Notes: generated by a model from the letters alone, not told the origin. A stretch of 64,000 nt of DNA from an uncultured virus (IMG/VR IMGVR_UViG_3300019458_000025) (IMGVR_UViG_3300019458_000025), one strand, 5' to 3'. Shown: positions 1 through 9,203, counted from the first letter of the stretch. Numbers and translations: made by a program.

Positions 1-498
1 GTGACGCCGAGCGGCTACGAGACCGTCGAGATCCTGGTCGATCCGGATTACGGCTTCGACGAGTTCAAGGCGCGGTTCGCCCGGTGGCTCCGGACGCCGC
101 CCAAGAGCGGCCGGTTCGCGGGCGTCCCCATGTCCGGCGTCCTCGTAGGCCGCGTCACGATCTCGTGGTCTTCTCCCGACAGCTACACCTTCCGGCACGC
201 GAGACCGACTCCTCTTGCGGGCGACGAGGACACGGACGAGGTCATCGACATCCCCTGCTATTCGATCCCCGGGGAAGGAAAGATGCGGCCGATCTACAGG
301 GACTACCCGATCACGCCGCCCTTCTACGTCGAGTTCGCGGGACCCAAGACGAACCAATGCTGCAAGCGCGCGGGCCCCTTCGGGACGATCGACGAGGCCA
401 CTCGATACGCCGGAAAGCACGGCGGATACAAGGCCGCGCCGCGCGACGGCTGGTTCCAGGTCTTCGATTCCAGGGGACAGATCGCGCTCATCACGTAG
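1..498 (+). CDS. Hypothetical protein (probably 5'-partial); C-terminal domain shared with 1293..1901
   Basis: Open from the window edge. C-terminal PPFYVEFAGPKT..GPFGTIDEA..Y..GWFQVFD matches the C-terminus of 1293..1901. Confidence 0.75.
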   Translation: MTPSGYETVEILVDPDYGFDEFKARFARWLRTPPKSGRFAGVPMSGVLVGRVTISWSSPDSYTFRHARPTPLAGDEDTDEVIDIPCYSIPGEGKMRPIYRDYPITPPFYVEFAGPKTNQCCKRAGPFGTIDEATRYAGKHGGYKAAPRDGWFQVFDSRGQIALIT

Positions 499-506
499 CT
501 CCGGAC

Positions 507-731
507 ATGTACCTGAACGTGGTGGAAAGGTTTATGGGACAGACGGCGCAGCCGACGACGACGCTCTTCGACAGCGACCGGCACACGATCGTGGACCACG
601 ATCCTCTCGTGGACCCGGAAGGAGTGCTCCTCGATCCGCGAGAACCCGAAGATCTCGGATTTCCCTTTCAGCCCGTGTCGCCGTTCGACCAGGGCTACGA
701 GGTGATCAATCCCGTGGAATCGTTCAGGTAA
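507..731 (+). CDS. Small acidic hypothetical protein (MYLNVV...)
   Basis: ATG at 507 just after the upstream stop; fills the gap in the + strand gene run. Confidence 0.6.
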   Translation: MYLNVVERFMGQTAQPTTTLFDSDRHTIVDHDPLVDPEGVLLDPREPEDLGFPFQPVSPFDQGYEVINPVESFR

Positions 732-746
732 TCCGAAAGGAAGCCT

Positions 747-953
747 ATGGCCAGGAGAATCGTGCGGGAGACGGATCACTACATCGCCGAACCGGCCAAG
801 AAAGGCGTACGGATCACGGCCAAGGACCCCGGGGTTACGCCGAAATCCCGCGTGGTGAGCTTCGCCACATGGGAGGCCCTCGAAGACTACGACGACCACA
901 CCTTCGATGCGGCCGTCGTTCTTGAGCTTGGCATCGGCACGTTCGTGAAATAG
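747..953 (+). CDS. Hypothetical protein
   Basis: AAAGGA RBS, protein-like composition, operon packing. Confidence 0.7.
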   Translation: MARRIVRETDHYIAEPAKKGVRITAKDPGVTPKSRVVSFATWEALEDYDDHTFDAAVVLELGIGTFVK

Positions 954-962
954 ATCGAGAAG

Positions 963-1292
963 ATGATGAAACTCTTCGCGGACAAGGTTCGGGAGATGAT
1001 CGAAGTGGACGACGATGTCGTCGTCGCCTACGGGTATACCTTGGACCGGAAAACGCTTCTGATCTACTTTCATGAATGGCGTCTGGTGCGCGAGACCATC
1101 CATCACCGCCGGGGCGGCGAAGACGTGTCCGAGATCGAAGAGAGCGAGTTTTTCGAGCCTGAGTTCTTCTTTCGGAACGTGAAGCGCTGGTACCTCGGGG
1201 AACCGGGGCGCGGGCTAAACGAGAACCTGGCCGCGCTCTTCGAGACGTTCGGACGGCCGCTTTCGACGACCCCGGGCGGGAGATACCCGTAA
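963..1292 (+). CDS. Hypothetical protein
   Basis: Operon packing; stop abuts the next ATG. Confidence 0.7.
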   Translation: MMKLFADKVREMIEVDDDVVVAYGYTLDRKTLLIYFHEWRLVRETIHHRRGGEDVSEIEESEFFEPEFFFRNVKRWYLGEPGRGLNENLAALFETFGRPLSTTPGGRYP

Positions 1293-1901
1293 ATGTACAT
1301 CTCCGACGCCGAAGAAGGACCGCAGGCAGCCAGGGAGATCGTCCCGGCGGCGGGCGGCCACATGGAACGGAAAGACGACGCCTGGTGGTTCGTCCTGGAC
1401 GAGAAGACCTACAAGCTCCTCCAGACGACGCCGGTGAAACCGGTCTCGCGCTGGATTCCGTCCGAGCCGCTCTGGTGCCTGCCGGGCCCTCCCTCCGAGC
1501 CGACCCTGGGCGTCTTCCTCCATCCGGAGACCGGCCAGTACTGCATGCCCTCGACGCTGCCGGGCGAGTGGCAGCCGCCGTACTCGCTCCGGAGCGAACA
1601 GGTCACCTACGACCTCGACGGCCTGGGGATCTGGATCGACCCGAGGCGGTTCCACCAGTTCCCGGCTCCGGGCGGCCTCCCCGGGTTCCTCGCGCCCTAC
1701 CAGCCGCCCTACTACGTCGAGTTCACGGGCCCCACGACCGGAGGGAAAAAGGCGCTCAAGGGACCGTTCGCTTCCTGGCAGGAGGCCGAACGCTACGTCC
1801 AGCGAAACGAGGCCATGCTCGCCGGACAGGGATACTACCAGATCGTGGACGGGACCGGACTGCCGGTCGATCGGAAGGAATTCTACGGGCCTGGGCTATA
1901 A
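1293..1901 (+). CDS. Pro-rich hypothetical protein; C-terminal domain paralogous to 1..498
   Basis: PPYYVEFTGPTT..GPFASWQEA..Y..GYYQIVD. Confidence 0.75.
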   Translation: MYISDAEEGPQAAREIVPAAGGHMERKDDAWWFVLDEKTYKLLQTTPVKPVSRWIPSEPLWCLPGPPSEPTLGVFLHPETGQYCMPSTLPGEWQPPYSLRSEQVTYDLDGLGIWIDPRRFHQFPAPGGLPGFLAPYQPPYYVEFTGPTTGGKKALKGPFASWQEAERYVQRNEAMLAGQGYYQIVDGTGLPVDRKEFYGPGL

Positions 1902-1903
1902 CG

Positions 1904-2548
1904 ATGGCGAGACTGAAGCGGAAGCGCTGGGGCCATTTCGAGGGCGGTCTCATCGACGACGGCGCTTTTCATCCGGTGTTCTCCGGCGACGACTATTACT
2001 ATGCGACCCTCCCCAAATGGCAAGTGAAGGTGGATGGAAAGAACGTCCAGCTTGCGATTTTGTTCTCGATCATGGATACGAGGGACTTCGACGAGGACGC
2101 CGACGAGCGGTATCCCTTCGTCTTCGAACCCGTGATCCTCGTCGCTTACCCAGGTCCCGAGTTTCTGGAAAAGGCCCAAGAGGCGGGCGAGGAGACGGGG
2201 CATCCCCGGGAGCGGCTCTACGCCGCCGAGCGCTATAGCGGAGGAGTCCCCGTAGGCGACATCCTTCTCGAAATGACGGCCGACGATCCCGCGATCGAGG
2301 GGGTCAGCGCGCGGCGGATGCAATGGGTGGCCAAGAAACAAGATGCCGGGACGGTCGCCGCCAGGAAAGGACAGGGCGTCGTCTTTGAGTATCCTCAGTT
2401 CCGGGACGCCAAGAGCGCCCTTGAGTTCGCGAACATCCTTCTCAAGGCCGCGCCCGCGCTTTTTGAGGACATCGAGCGCGTCCTCTCGCTGCCAATCAAC
2501 ATGGCGGGAGAAGAGGGCTGGGAAACGATCGTGGACCAGGCTCAGTAG
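1904..2548 (+). CDS. Hypothetical protein with N-terminal RKRWG motif
   Basis: ATG 1904 follows the stop at 1901; MARLKRKRWG. Confidence 0.75.
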   Translation: MARLKRKRWGHFEGGLIDDGAFHPVFSGDDYYYATLPKWQVKVDGKNVQLAILFSIMDTRDFDEDADERYPFVFEPVILVAYPGPEFLEKAQEAGEETGHPRERLYAAERYSGGVPVGDILLEMTADDPAIEGVSARRMQWVAKKQDAGTVAARKGQGVVFEYPQFRDAKSALEFANILLKAAPALFEDIERVLSLPINMAGEEGWETIVDQAQ

Positions 2549-2551
2549 CAA

Positions 2552-3043
2552 ATGAAGACTGAACGGAAACGCTGGGCGCCGGTCACGGAAGGCGTCGTCG
2601 CGGAGTACCCGTGCGACCGTTTCGTCCAGGACTTCGTGGTGATGAGCGGAGACGTCGCCTTCCACATCATCGACCGGCTCTGGCGGGAGTTCTTTGCGGA
2701 CCCCGTCCAGCGCAAAATGGCCCAGGCAAAGTACTTCCTGACGCTGGAGGTCGTGGATGGCCGAGTTGTCGCCGCGATCCATTCTCGTTTGACCTATCGT
2801 GGGACGGAGTCCCTGGAGATCTCTGGCCTGGGGGACGAACCCAGGCTGGTTTTCCAGAAGTCCCCGGAGACCTTCGCGGAGGACATCCTGACCGAGTTCC
2901 CAGAGATCGCGCAGGCTTTCGCCGACTGGCTCTGGCGCGAGCTTTATCCGAACCCACGCCAGCGCAGGGAAGCCCAGAAGAAGTACACGCTCGCCTTCGC
3001 GCTCGAAGAGGGGGTCGTCCGGGCTTATCTTGAAGAACGGTGA
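2552..3043 (+). CDS. Hypothetical protein with N-terminal RKRW motif
   Basis: MKTERKRWAP. Internal duplication (LWREFF..P.QR..AQ.KY.L vs LWRELY..P.QR..AQKKY.L). Confidence 0.75.
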   Translation: MKTERKRWAPVTEGVVAEYPCDRFVQDFVVMSGDVAFHIIDRLWREFFADPVQRKMAQAKYFLTLEVVDGRVVAAIHSRLTYRGTESLEISGLGDEPRLVFQKSPETFAEDILTEFPEIAQAFADWLWRELYPNPRQRREAQKKYTLAFALEEGVVRAYLEER

Positions 3044-3058
3044 TGAGCGGAGCACTGC

Positions 3059-3832
3059 ATGTACGTCGAGGGCTTGACGACCGAATGGCACGCTAAGGGC
3101 TTCGAGAAGCCCGAAAGCGCGGCCCAGGACTGGACCGGCCACGTCTACGTCTCGAACATGCCCGGGGGTCCCACCGGGACCGGAGGGTATCTCAGCCGTC
3201 TCGACGAGGAAGGCCGCTTCCTCAAGCAGAGGTTCATCGAGGGCCTCGATGCCCCGAAGGGGATAGAGATCACGCCGGGCCACGACCTTCTCGTTTGCGA
3301 CCTCTCGGTCGTCCGGATCTATGACACCCTGAACGGGAAGAAGCACCTGGATCTTCCGATCCCGGGCGCCAAGTTCCTGAACGGCATCGCCTGGGACGGC
3401 GCCGACACCTTCTACGTCTCGGACACGGAGACCGGCCTCATCATGGAGTTCACGGGCAAGGACCGGAATCCCTCGGTCTTCCTGGAGATCGAAGCGCCGA
3501 ACGGCCTCGTCTTCGACCCGAAAAGGAAGCTCCTCTACGTGGCCCTCTGGGAAGACCGGGCGATCGCGATCGTGAACGAGCGGGGGGAGAAGCAGTTCAT
3601 CCGGTCGGACCGGTTCGAGAACCTGGACGGGATCGCGATCCTCCCGAACGGCTCGATCGCGGTCTCGGACTGGACCCGGGGCAACCTGTACGTCGTCAAC
3701 CGCGAGGGCGAGGTCTCGACGATCGCGAGCGGGCTCAAGAACCCGGCCGACATCAACCTCTCGATCGAGGGGACGTCGCTTTTCGTCCCGGAAATGGGAG
3801 CCGGGATCGTTCGGAGCTTCATCATCCAGTAG
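3059..3832 (+). CDS. SMP-30/gluconolactonase/LRE-like beta-propeller protein
   Basis: GFEKPES, YVSN, GLDAPKG, FLNGIA, YVSDT, APNGL, NLDGI, NPADI blade motifs. Confidence 0.85.
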   Translation: MYVEGLTTEWHAKGFEKPESAAQDWTGHVYVSNMPGGPTGTGGYLSRLDEEGRFLKQRFIEGLDAPKGIEITPGHDLLVCDLSVVRIYDTLNGKKHLDLPIPGAKFLNGIAWDGADTFYVSDTETGLIMEFTGKDRNPSVFLEIEAPNGLVFDPKRKLLYVALWEDRAIAIVNERGEKQFIRSDRFENLDGIAILPNGSIAVSDWTRGNLYVVNREGEVSTIASGLKNPADINLSIEGTSLFVPEMGAGIVRSFIIQ

Positions 3833-3847
3833 AGAAGGGAGTTGATC

Positions 3848-4078
3848 ATGGCGATGGGCGATCTCGTCAGCGAGCGGGACACCGAGCGCGTGCGGAAGCT
3901 CGTCATCCGGGCCGCGGCGTCCGAGTTCGGACGGGGGCGCGCCAAGCCCGTCTTCGAGCATGGCCATTGGTGGGTCCTCGTTTTCGACGAGGAACAGGAT
4001 CGCGACGTCACCTACGCTGTCGTGGACGCGGAACCCGGAATCCTCGATACGGGTCTCGACTTCGAGCGGGTCGATTAG
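3848..4078 (+). CDS. Hypothetical protein
   Basis: AAGGGAG RBS before ATG; operon packing. Confidence 0.65.
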   Translation: MAMGDLVSERDTERVRKLVIRAAASEFGRGRAKPVFEHGHWWVLVFDEEQDRDVTYAVVDAEPGILDTGLDFERVD

Positions 4079-4097
4079 GCAGGGAGCGCGCGAACGT

Positions 4098-4352
4098 ATG
4101 TACGGCAACATTCATCCGATGGGTCCGGCGAAGCTCACGCTCATCCGCCACGGGAAAAACTACGAGGCCAGGCTGGGCACGTCGAGGGGCTCGACGCACA
4201 CCCGCTTCTTCGCCATGAACGACGAGCATGCGGTATCCTTCGGAAAGGAGTTCGTCCGGAAAGTCGAAACGGATACCGGCGCCAAGGTCTCGTCCCTCAC
4301 GATCGTCGAGGTGAAGGAGCGTCCGGTCTACGTATCGGAGGTCGAGGGATGA
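4098..4352 (+). CDS. Hypothetical protein (MYGNIH...)
   Basis: AGGGAG upstream; ATGA overlap with the next gene. Confidence 0.65.
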   Translation: MYGNIHPMGPAKLTLIRHGKNYEARLGTSRGSTHTRFFAMNDEHAVSFGKEFVRKVETDTGAKVSSLTIVEVKERPVYVSEVEG

Positions 4353-4594
4353 CTGCCGTTGCGCTCAGGAAGAACCTACGGGACCATTACTTCCAGTTCG
4401 TGGAAGGCGCGGCCGACTACATCCCGAAGGAAGGAGCCGACGTGATCTGGCGCGGCATTCTCGCCGTTTCCGACTTTCTCCGTTCCAGCCGGATCATCAC
4501 CGAGACGGATTTCCGGAGGGCGTATCGGTTCGTTTGCGAGGCCGCCCAAGAAGTGGAACCCGGGTGGAGGGGGGTTCCTTTTGACAGGCCGTGA
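4349..4594 (+). CDS. Hypothetical protein
   Basis: GAGGG RBS; overlapping start and stop on both sides. Confidence 0.65.
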   Translation: MTAVALRKNLRDHYFQFVEGAADYIPKEGADVIWRGILAVSDFLRSSRIITETDFRRAYRFVCEAAQEVEPGWRGVPFDRP

Positions 4595-4731
4595 TGGAAG
4601 TCCGGTACCGTTTCCTGAGGAAGCTCTTATGCTGGATCAGATTCAGCCACAAGTGGGTCGTGCTTATAAGCAGCGGGGACGTCTTCTGTGGCCGATGCTG
4701 GACGGTGAGGAAGAAGCGGAAGAGCAGGTGA
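4594..4731 (+). CDS. 45-aa Cys/His micro-protein (DUF1660-like C..H..CxxC)
   Basis: Manual translation MEVRYRFLRKLLCWIRFSHKW...FCGRCWTVRKKRKSR; TGATG overlap; below the ORF-track cutoff. Confidence 0.55.
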   Translation: MEVRYRFLRKLLCWIRFSHKWVVLISSGDVFCGRCWTVRKKRKSR

Positions 4732-4744
4732 AAGGGCGCGTTCG

Positions 4745-5095
4745 ATGAAGTTCGAGGAGATCGCGGGAATCTTCGCCCTGGGCGGAGTCGGCGCCTTCAT
4801 CGCCTGGATGGTCTTCGCCGGTCGCGAACGCCGCGCGCCCGTAGCGCCGATGACGCGGTTCCGGCCTGGAGGCGCCCGGGGTTACGAAGGACCAGTCTGG
4901 CGCTGCCAGCCGATTCCTGGACTCGACGGCCTCGGGATCATCCGGGCCTGCCGGAAGAAGGACATCGACCGGAAGAACCCGAAGAAGAAGATCTGCTTAT
5001 ATTCGCACACGACGGGGAAGCTCCTGGGGCGCCACTACTCGAAGAAGGATGCCCAGCGCCAGGAGGCGGCCATTCATGCGCGGAGAGGCTGGTAG
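4745..5095 (+). CDS. Membrane-anchored basic hypothetical protein
   Basis: N-terminal hydrophobic IAGIFALGGVGAFIAWMVFAG; basic C-terminus. Confidence 0.7.
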   Translation: MKFEEIAGIFALGGVGAFIAWMVFAGRERRAPVAPMTRFRPGGARGYEGPVWRCQPIPGLDGLGIIRACRKKDIDRKNPKKKICLYSHTTGKLLGRHYSKKDAQRQEAAIHARRGW

Positions 5096-5105
5096 GGAGG
5101 CGAGA

Positions 5106-5366
5106 ATGAAAATCACCGAGAAAATGGCATGGGCGGCAATTCATGCGCTCGGCATAGATCCTGACGATTTCGACGAGCGATGGTTGCAAGGCATCCTTCA
5201 GCGGTTCCGGAGGATGAGCACCAAAGCAGCGGAAAGGGAACTGAAGGATATCCACAAGGAATGGCAAGCGGCTCCGACTCAGGAGGTGAAGGACGCAATC
5301 GCCGAAGACGCTGATCAGCTTGTCGCGCTCATCGCGATGCGAAAGGCCAAACGGAGGGCAACGTAG
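5106..5366 (+). CDS. Hypothetical protein
   Basis: GGGAGG RBS, ATG 5106. Confidence 0.7.
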   Translation: MKITEKMAWAAIHALGIDPDDFDERWLQGILQRFRRMSTKAAERELKDIHKEWQAAPTQEVKDAIAEDADQLVALIAMRKAKRRAT

Positions 5367-5391
5367 GTTGTCCCAGGAAGCGGCCCGGTCG

Positions 5392-5829
5392 ATGACGGAG
5401 GAAAGAAAGTGCGCCGCCTGCGGGAAGGCGATCGAGGACGGCAGGAACGACGGGATCGAGATCTGGAACTCTTGGTTCTGCGCGGCCTGTTTCATCGGCC
5501 GGGCGCAGGCCGCTCATCGGGAGCTATCACCAGGCGATATCGAGATCATGAAGATGATCGCCAGGGAGTTGGCCGGGCTCCTTCCAGGTCCGCTCCTCGA
5601 ACTCATCTTCCTCGGATTTCACCAGAGGACGGTGCCGCCGGGCACGCCTCCTCCTTCCCGGGACGAACTCCAAAGAGCAGTGGGGGAGACCCAGCGACTC
5701 GTGGCATTTTCCTCATTCAAGGAGACGCTCAAGCTCCTCAAGGGGTGGCGTGACACCGTTTTAGAGTTCGTGGAGAATGAGGAGCGTGAGATCTTGGACA
5801 AGGTCAAGCGGCTGACGGATTTCGAGTAG
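5392..5829 (+). CDS. Zn-finger (CxxC...CxxC) hypothetical protein
   Basis: CAAC...CAAC at the N-terminus. Confidence 0.7.
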   Translation: MTEERKCAACGKAIEDGRNDGIEIWNSWFCAACFIGRAQAAHRELSPGDIEIMKMIARELAGLLPGPLLELIFLGFHQRTVPPGTPPPSRDELQRAVGETQRLVAFSSFKETLKLLKGWRDTVLEFVENEEREILDKVKRLTDFE

Positions 5830-5839
5830 GGAGCGAGCG

Positions 5840-6079
5840 ATGATCCGGAGGCTTTTTTCGGTGTCCTGGGCCACGCATGACGGCTATGTCGCGACCTACA
5901 TCGTGCGGATGACCGTCGAGGAAGCCGATGTCATTTCGGATGCCCTGCAATCACTCATGGACAAAGGCAACGTGATCGGAGCGAACGTGAACGACGGTAT
6001 CCTGGGCCGCGATGATCTTGCGCGAATCATGCACGAGGAACTTGGCTTGTTCAAGAAGCGATGGTTTCCGAAGCGATAG
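5840..6079 (+). CDS. Hypothetical protein with C-terminal KKRW motif
   Basis: AGGGAG RBS; ends LFKKRWFPKR. Confidence 0.7.
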   Translation: MIRRLFSVSWATHDGYVATYIVRMTVEEADVISDALQSLMDKGNVIGANVNDGILGRDDLARIMHEELGLFKKRWFPKR

Positions 6080-6087
6080 ACGTGCCA

Positions 6088-6513
6088 ATGATCGTGGCCA
6101 CCTACGGAATCCGGATCGGGAATGAACCGCTCGCGGTCGAGGTCGCACGGACGGCCGAGGAGAGGTCTTTGGGGCTCATGTACCGGCACAGCCTCCCGGA
6201 TGATCGGGGGATGCTTTTCATCTGGAAGGTTCCTCAAAAAGTCGATATCTGGATGATGAACTGCTACGTACCCCTCGATGCGGCTTTCTTCGACAATCGC
6301 CGCAAGCTGCTGACTGTGCGTTCGCTCCAGGCATACAATCCGGAGGAAGGAATAGAGCGCGCGTCCTCGGAGAAGAATGTAAAATACGTCGTTGAGGCTC
6401 CTTTGGGGTGGTTCCTCTCGAAGGGGCTCGTGGATTCGGAGGGGGAACCGGAAGGCATCGTCCTCCTTGATCTCCCTCCGGTGGTCCGTGATCTGGAAGA
6501 CCAAGCCGATTAA
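6088..6513 (+). CDS. DUF192 domain protein
   Basis: VEVARTAEERSLGLMYRHSL..DRGMLF, IWMMN..VPLD..F, YVVE signature. Confidence 0.85.
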   Translation: MIVATYGIRIGNEPLAVEVARTAEERSLGLMYRHSLPDDRGMLFIWKVPQKVDIWMMNCYVPLDAAFFDNRRKLLTVRSLQAYNPEEGIERASSEKNVKYVVEAPLGWFLSKGLVDSEGEPEGIVLLDLPPVVRDLEDQAD

Positions 6514-6530
6514 CGCCGGAAGGAGGATTC

Positions 6531-6794
6531 ATGTCCGAACCCCGCGATCCCAGCGAACTGATCGGTCTCCTCAAGAAGATCAAGGGTGACGTCTACGACT
6601 GGTGCGGCCGGGACGGAGAGGACGCCGTGAACGACCTTATCGAAATGCTGGAAGAGGCCGAAGAGGAGACCGCCGACGAATCCGGGGAGGAGGAAGAAGA
6701 CGAGGAGGAAGAGCGTCCTCGCAAGAAGAAGCGGCACCTTGCGGGGAACGACGATGGCGACAAGGACAACGACAAAGACGATGAAGAGGAATGA
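6531..6794 (+). CDS. Highly acidic small protein
   Basis: AAGGAGG RBS; long D/E tracts with one RPRKKKR patch. Confidence 0.75.
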   Translation: MSEPRDPSELIGLLKKIKGDVYDWCGRDGEDAVNDLIEMLEEAEEETADESGEEEEDEEEERPRKKKRHLAGNDDGDKDNDKDDEEE

Positions 6795-7180
6795 CGACCC
6801 TCCTTGACCGTCTGGAACAGGCCGCATCCCACGAGAAGGTCTTCGAACTCCGGAACATCATAGAGATGGTGAGGCCCGGAGACAAGACGAGGATCGAGGA
6901 AAACATCGAATACGTTCTCAAGCGCGAAAACCTCCTTCCGGAAGGAGGTTCAGTCGTCATCCCGGTGGGATCGTGGGACTGGATCATCGACGAGCCCGGA
7001 TGGTGGGGGTTCGAGGCCCTCTTCGAGATCTTCGAGAAAGGCGGACAGAACATCGCCGCCTACGGCAAGGTGACTGCGAGGGGAATGGTTTCAGGTTCCC
7101 CGCGCATGTGGAGAAAGCGCTGGGGAGCGGGAGAGACTTCTATGGTCTTGCTTAATTCCATCGACGTCGTCATCAACTAG
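6791..7180 (+). CDS. Hypothetical protein, paralog A (RKRWG motif)
   Basis: ATGA overlap; aligns end to end with 7286..7693. Confidence 0.8.
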   Translation: MTTLLDRLEQAASHEKVFELRNIIEMVRPGDKTRIEENIEYVLKRENLLPEGGSVVIPVGSWDWIIDEPGWWGFEALFEIFEKGGQNIAAYGKVTARGMVSGSPRMWRKRWGAGETSMVLLNSIDVVIN

Positions 7181-7211
7181 GTCTTTCGCTACTAGGAGCG
7201 GGAAGCCCGCC

Positions 7212-7286
7212 ATGTACGAGCAGGACGACATCTACGACTGGTGCGGCCGGGAAGCCGAAGACGCCGCGAAGGACGAGGAGGAATAG
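7212..7286 (+). pseudogene. 24-aa shrunken copy of the acidic protein 6531..6794
   Basis: MYEQDDIYDWCGREAEDAAKDEEE keeps the YDWCGR core and DEEE end; same position before the paralog. Confidence 0.6.
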
Positions 7287-7693
7287 TGGCCGCGCTTCTC
7301 GACCGTCTTGAGAAGGCCGTCTCCGACGAGGAATCCTTCGAACTCTGGGACATCCTGGAGGAGATGAAGCCTGGGGACAAGGACAAGATCGAGGAGAACG
7401 TCGAGTACGTCCTCAAGCGCGAAAAGCTCCTCCCGAAAGGGGGTTCGGTCCTCATCCCCATGGGGTCATGGGACTGGGAGATCGAAGACGGGCGGTGGGA
7501 ATTCTGGGCGCTCTTTGAGATCTTCGAGAAAGGCGGCTGGGACATGGTCGCGCACGGAAAGGTCACGGCGACCGGCCAAGTCGCGCAAATGCCTCGGATG
7601 CGGAGGAAGCGCTGGGGTCCTGCCGAGGACGAGCCTCCGATCATCCAGCTTCATTCGATCGACGTCGGGATCACCGAGGTCTTCCGGGACTAG
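7286..7693 (+). CDS. Hypothetical protein, paralog B (RKRWG motif)
   Basis: GTG start overlapping TAG; GAGGAGG RBS; paralog of 6791..7180. Confidence 0.8.
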   Translation: MAALLDRLEKAVSDEESFELWDILEEMKPGDKDKIEENVEYVLKREKLLPKGGSVLIPMGSWDWEIEDGRWEFWALFEIFEKGGWDMVAHGKVTATGQVAQMPRMRRKRWGPAEDEPPIIQLHSIDVGITEVFRD

Positions 7694-7815
7694 AAGCGGG
7701 GAAGCTTCATGTACGAACAGGGAATGGGGGCGGACGGCCTTCCCCCACAGCCGGTCGAATTCATGCGTTGCTGCGCCCGCTGGGAAGCGCTGTCCCAAAT
7801 CGAAGCAAGGCGCAC

Positions 7816-8175
7816 ATGAGCGAGATTCTGCGCTATGCCGTCCCGCGGGCCATCGAGGATCTCGTTTCCTCCGGGTACTTCGAGGAACTGACCCAACCCG
7901 GAGACAAGGTCCGGAGCTTCGGGATCATCCATCCGGCCGGGTGGCAGGTTCTCCTATGGGTGGACCGGGAGCGCTTCGAGCGACGGCAACGGACGGGTTT
8001 CAGGTTCGGCGTCGCGACCTTCTCTCCGGAAGGATGGATGCGAGCGGAAACCTCCGGGGACATGCTCGATTCTATCTTGAAAGCCTACGACGACGCCATG
8101 AAAACGGTCTCGCGCCGTTATCGGAAGCGATGGATGCCGGAGCGTCCGGAAGTCTTGCCAAGGAAGTGGGACTAG
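7816..8175 (+). CDS. Hypothetical protein with near-C-terminal RKRW motif
   Basis: ATG 7816 overlaps the stop of a 36-aa ORF (7709..7819). Confidence 0.7.
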   Translation: MSEILRYAVPRAIEDLVSSGYFEELTQPGDKVRSFGIIHPAGWQVLLWVDRERFERRQRTGFRFGVATFSPEGWMRAETSGDMLDSILKAYDDAMKTVSRRYRKRWMPERPEVLPRKWD

Positions 8176-8179
8176 CGAG

Positions 8180-8446
8180 ATGAACACGCTCTGGCTATCG
8201 GACATCATCGACGACCGGGCGATCGAGGACGTCCTCGGAACCTGCGCGGCCGAGATCGTGGACGCCCCGAAGTCCGCTCGCCCGGAGATCGTTCGGCGGT
8301 TCGCTGCCGAGATCCGCCGGGCGATCCTCAAGGAACTCCGCGGGCGCCTGCGGACGAAGATGATCCGGGAACTGAACGACGCGCTCAACCGGATCAAGAA
8401 GGCGGCCGATATGGCGATCGAGAAGGAACGGGAGGAAGTCCTCTAG
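8180..8446 (+). CDS. Helical hypothetical protein
   Basis: Operon packing. Confidence 0.65.
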   Translation: MNTLWLSDIIDDRAIEDVLGTCAAEIVDAPKSARPEIVRRFAAEIRRAILKELRGRLRTKMIRELNDALNRIKKAADMAIEKEREEVL

Positions 8447-8448
8447 CG

Positions 8449-8964
8449 ATGATGCCCCGGGACTTCTTCACGGCCGAGCGCCTCTCCGTAAGGGTTCCAG
8501 ACCGGCCGCCGGGAATCCTTTTCCATTTCACGCTGCTCGACCGCGCTTTCGCGATCCTGGAAAGCGGCCATATCCGTGGAAACCGCGGGATCTCGACGAC
8601 CGAGAATCCGTCGCTTTCGGGACCCGGCGCGTTCGTCTTCATCCTCGATCCGGTCTGCATTCTCTCCCAGGGGTTCGGGCTCTGGCCACATGTCTGGCAG
8701 CGGGGCTACGAGCAGGAAGCCGAATGGGTCGTCGTAGCTCCGGACGCAGAGTATGAGAAGAGCGCCAACGTCCTCTTCACGGAGACCGTACGGCTCCCGC
8801 TCGACTGCGTCGTCGAGATCGGCCACCAGCCCGGGATCAATCCCCGCCAGATGGCGCTCGTTCCGGCGCTTCGCCAGGCCGCGGCGAAGTTCGGAATTCC
8901 AGTCAAGGTCTACTACTGGGAAGAATGGTGGCGGAACGGCGTCCGCGCGGATGACTGGAAATAG
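8449..8964 (+). CDS. Putative ADP-ribosyltransferase-fold protein
   Basis: LFHFT..AILESG, ISTT and EQEAEW motifs in ART-like order. Confidence 0.5.
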   Translation: MMPRDFFTAERLSVRVPDRPPGILFHFTLLDRAFAILESGHIRGNRGISTTENPSLSGPGAFVFILDPVCILSQGFGLWPHVWQRGYEQEAEWVVVAPDAEYEKSANVLFTETVRLPLDCVVEIGHQPGINPRQMALVPALRQAAAKFGIPVKVYYWEEWWRNGVRADDWK

Positions 8965-8966
8965 CG

Positions 8967-9203
8967 GTGGGAAAAAAGCGTTGGGGGCTGATCAGCACAT
9001 TTTACGAGGTTCTCTACTTTCCAGAAGGCATCGGGGTAGGCAAGCCCTGGCAGTATCTTTCCTACGATTGGGAGCCCGAGGAAGGGCCGCCGCGCTTTGG
9101 CACCTTTGCCCAAGCGAGCGAATATAGAAATGACTGGCTGCTTCAAGGAAAGTTCGACCCCGGAAAAATAGCTATCGTGAAAGTCGTTCAGGAAATTCTT
9201 TGA
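8967..9203 (+). CDS. Hypothetical protein with N-terminal KKRWG motif
   Basis: GTG start after the upstream stop; overlaps the next start. Confidence 0.65.
   Translation: MGKKRWGLISTFYEVLYFPEGIGVGKPWQYLSYDWEPEEGPPRFGTFAQASEYRNDWLLQGKFDPGKIAIVKVVQEIL

Noticed and set aside
1883..4111. 742-aa - strand ORF
   Set aside because: Antisense shadow of four coherent + strand genes; expected from GC-rich codon bias.
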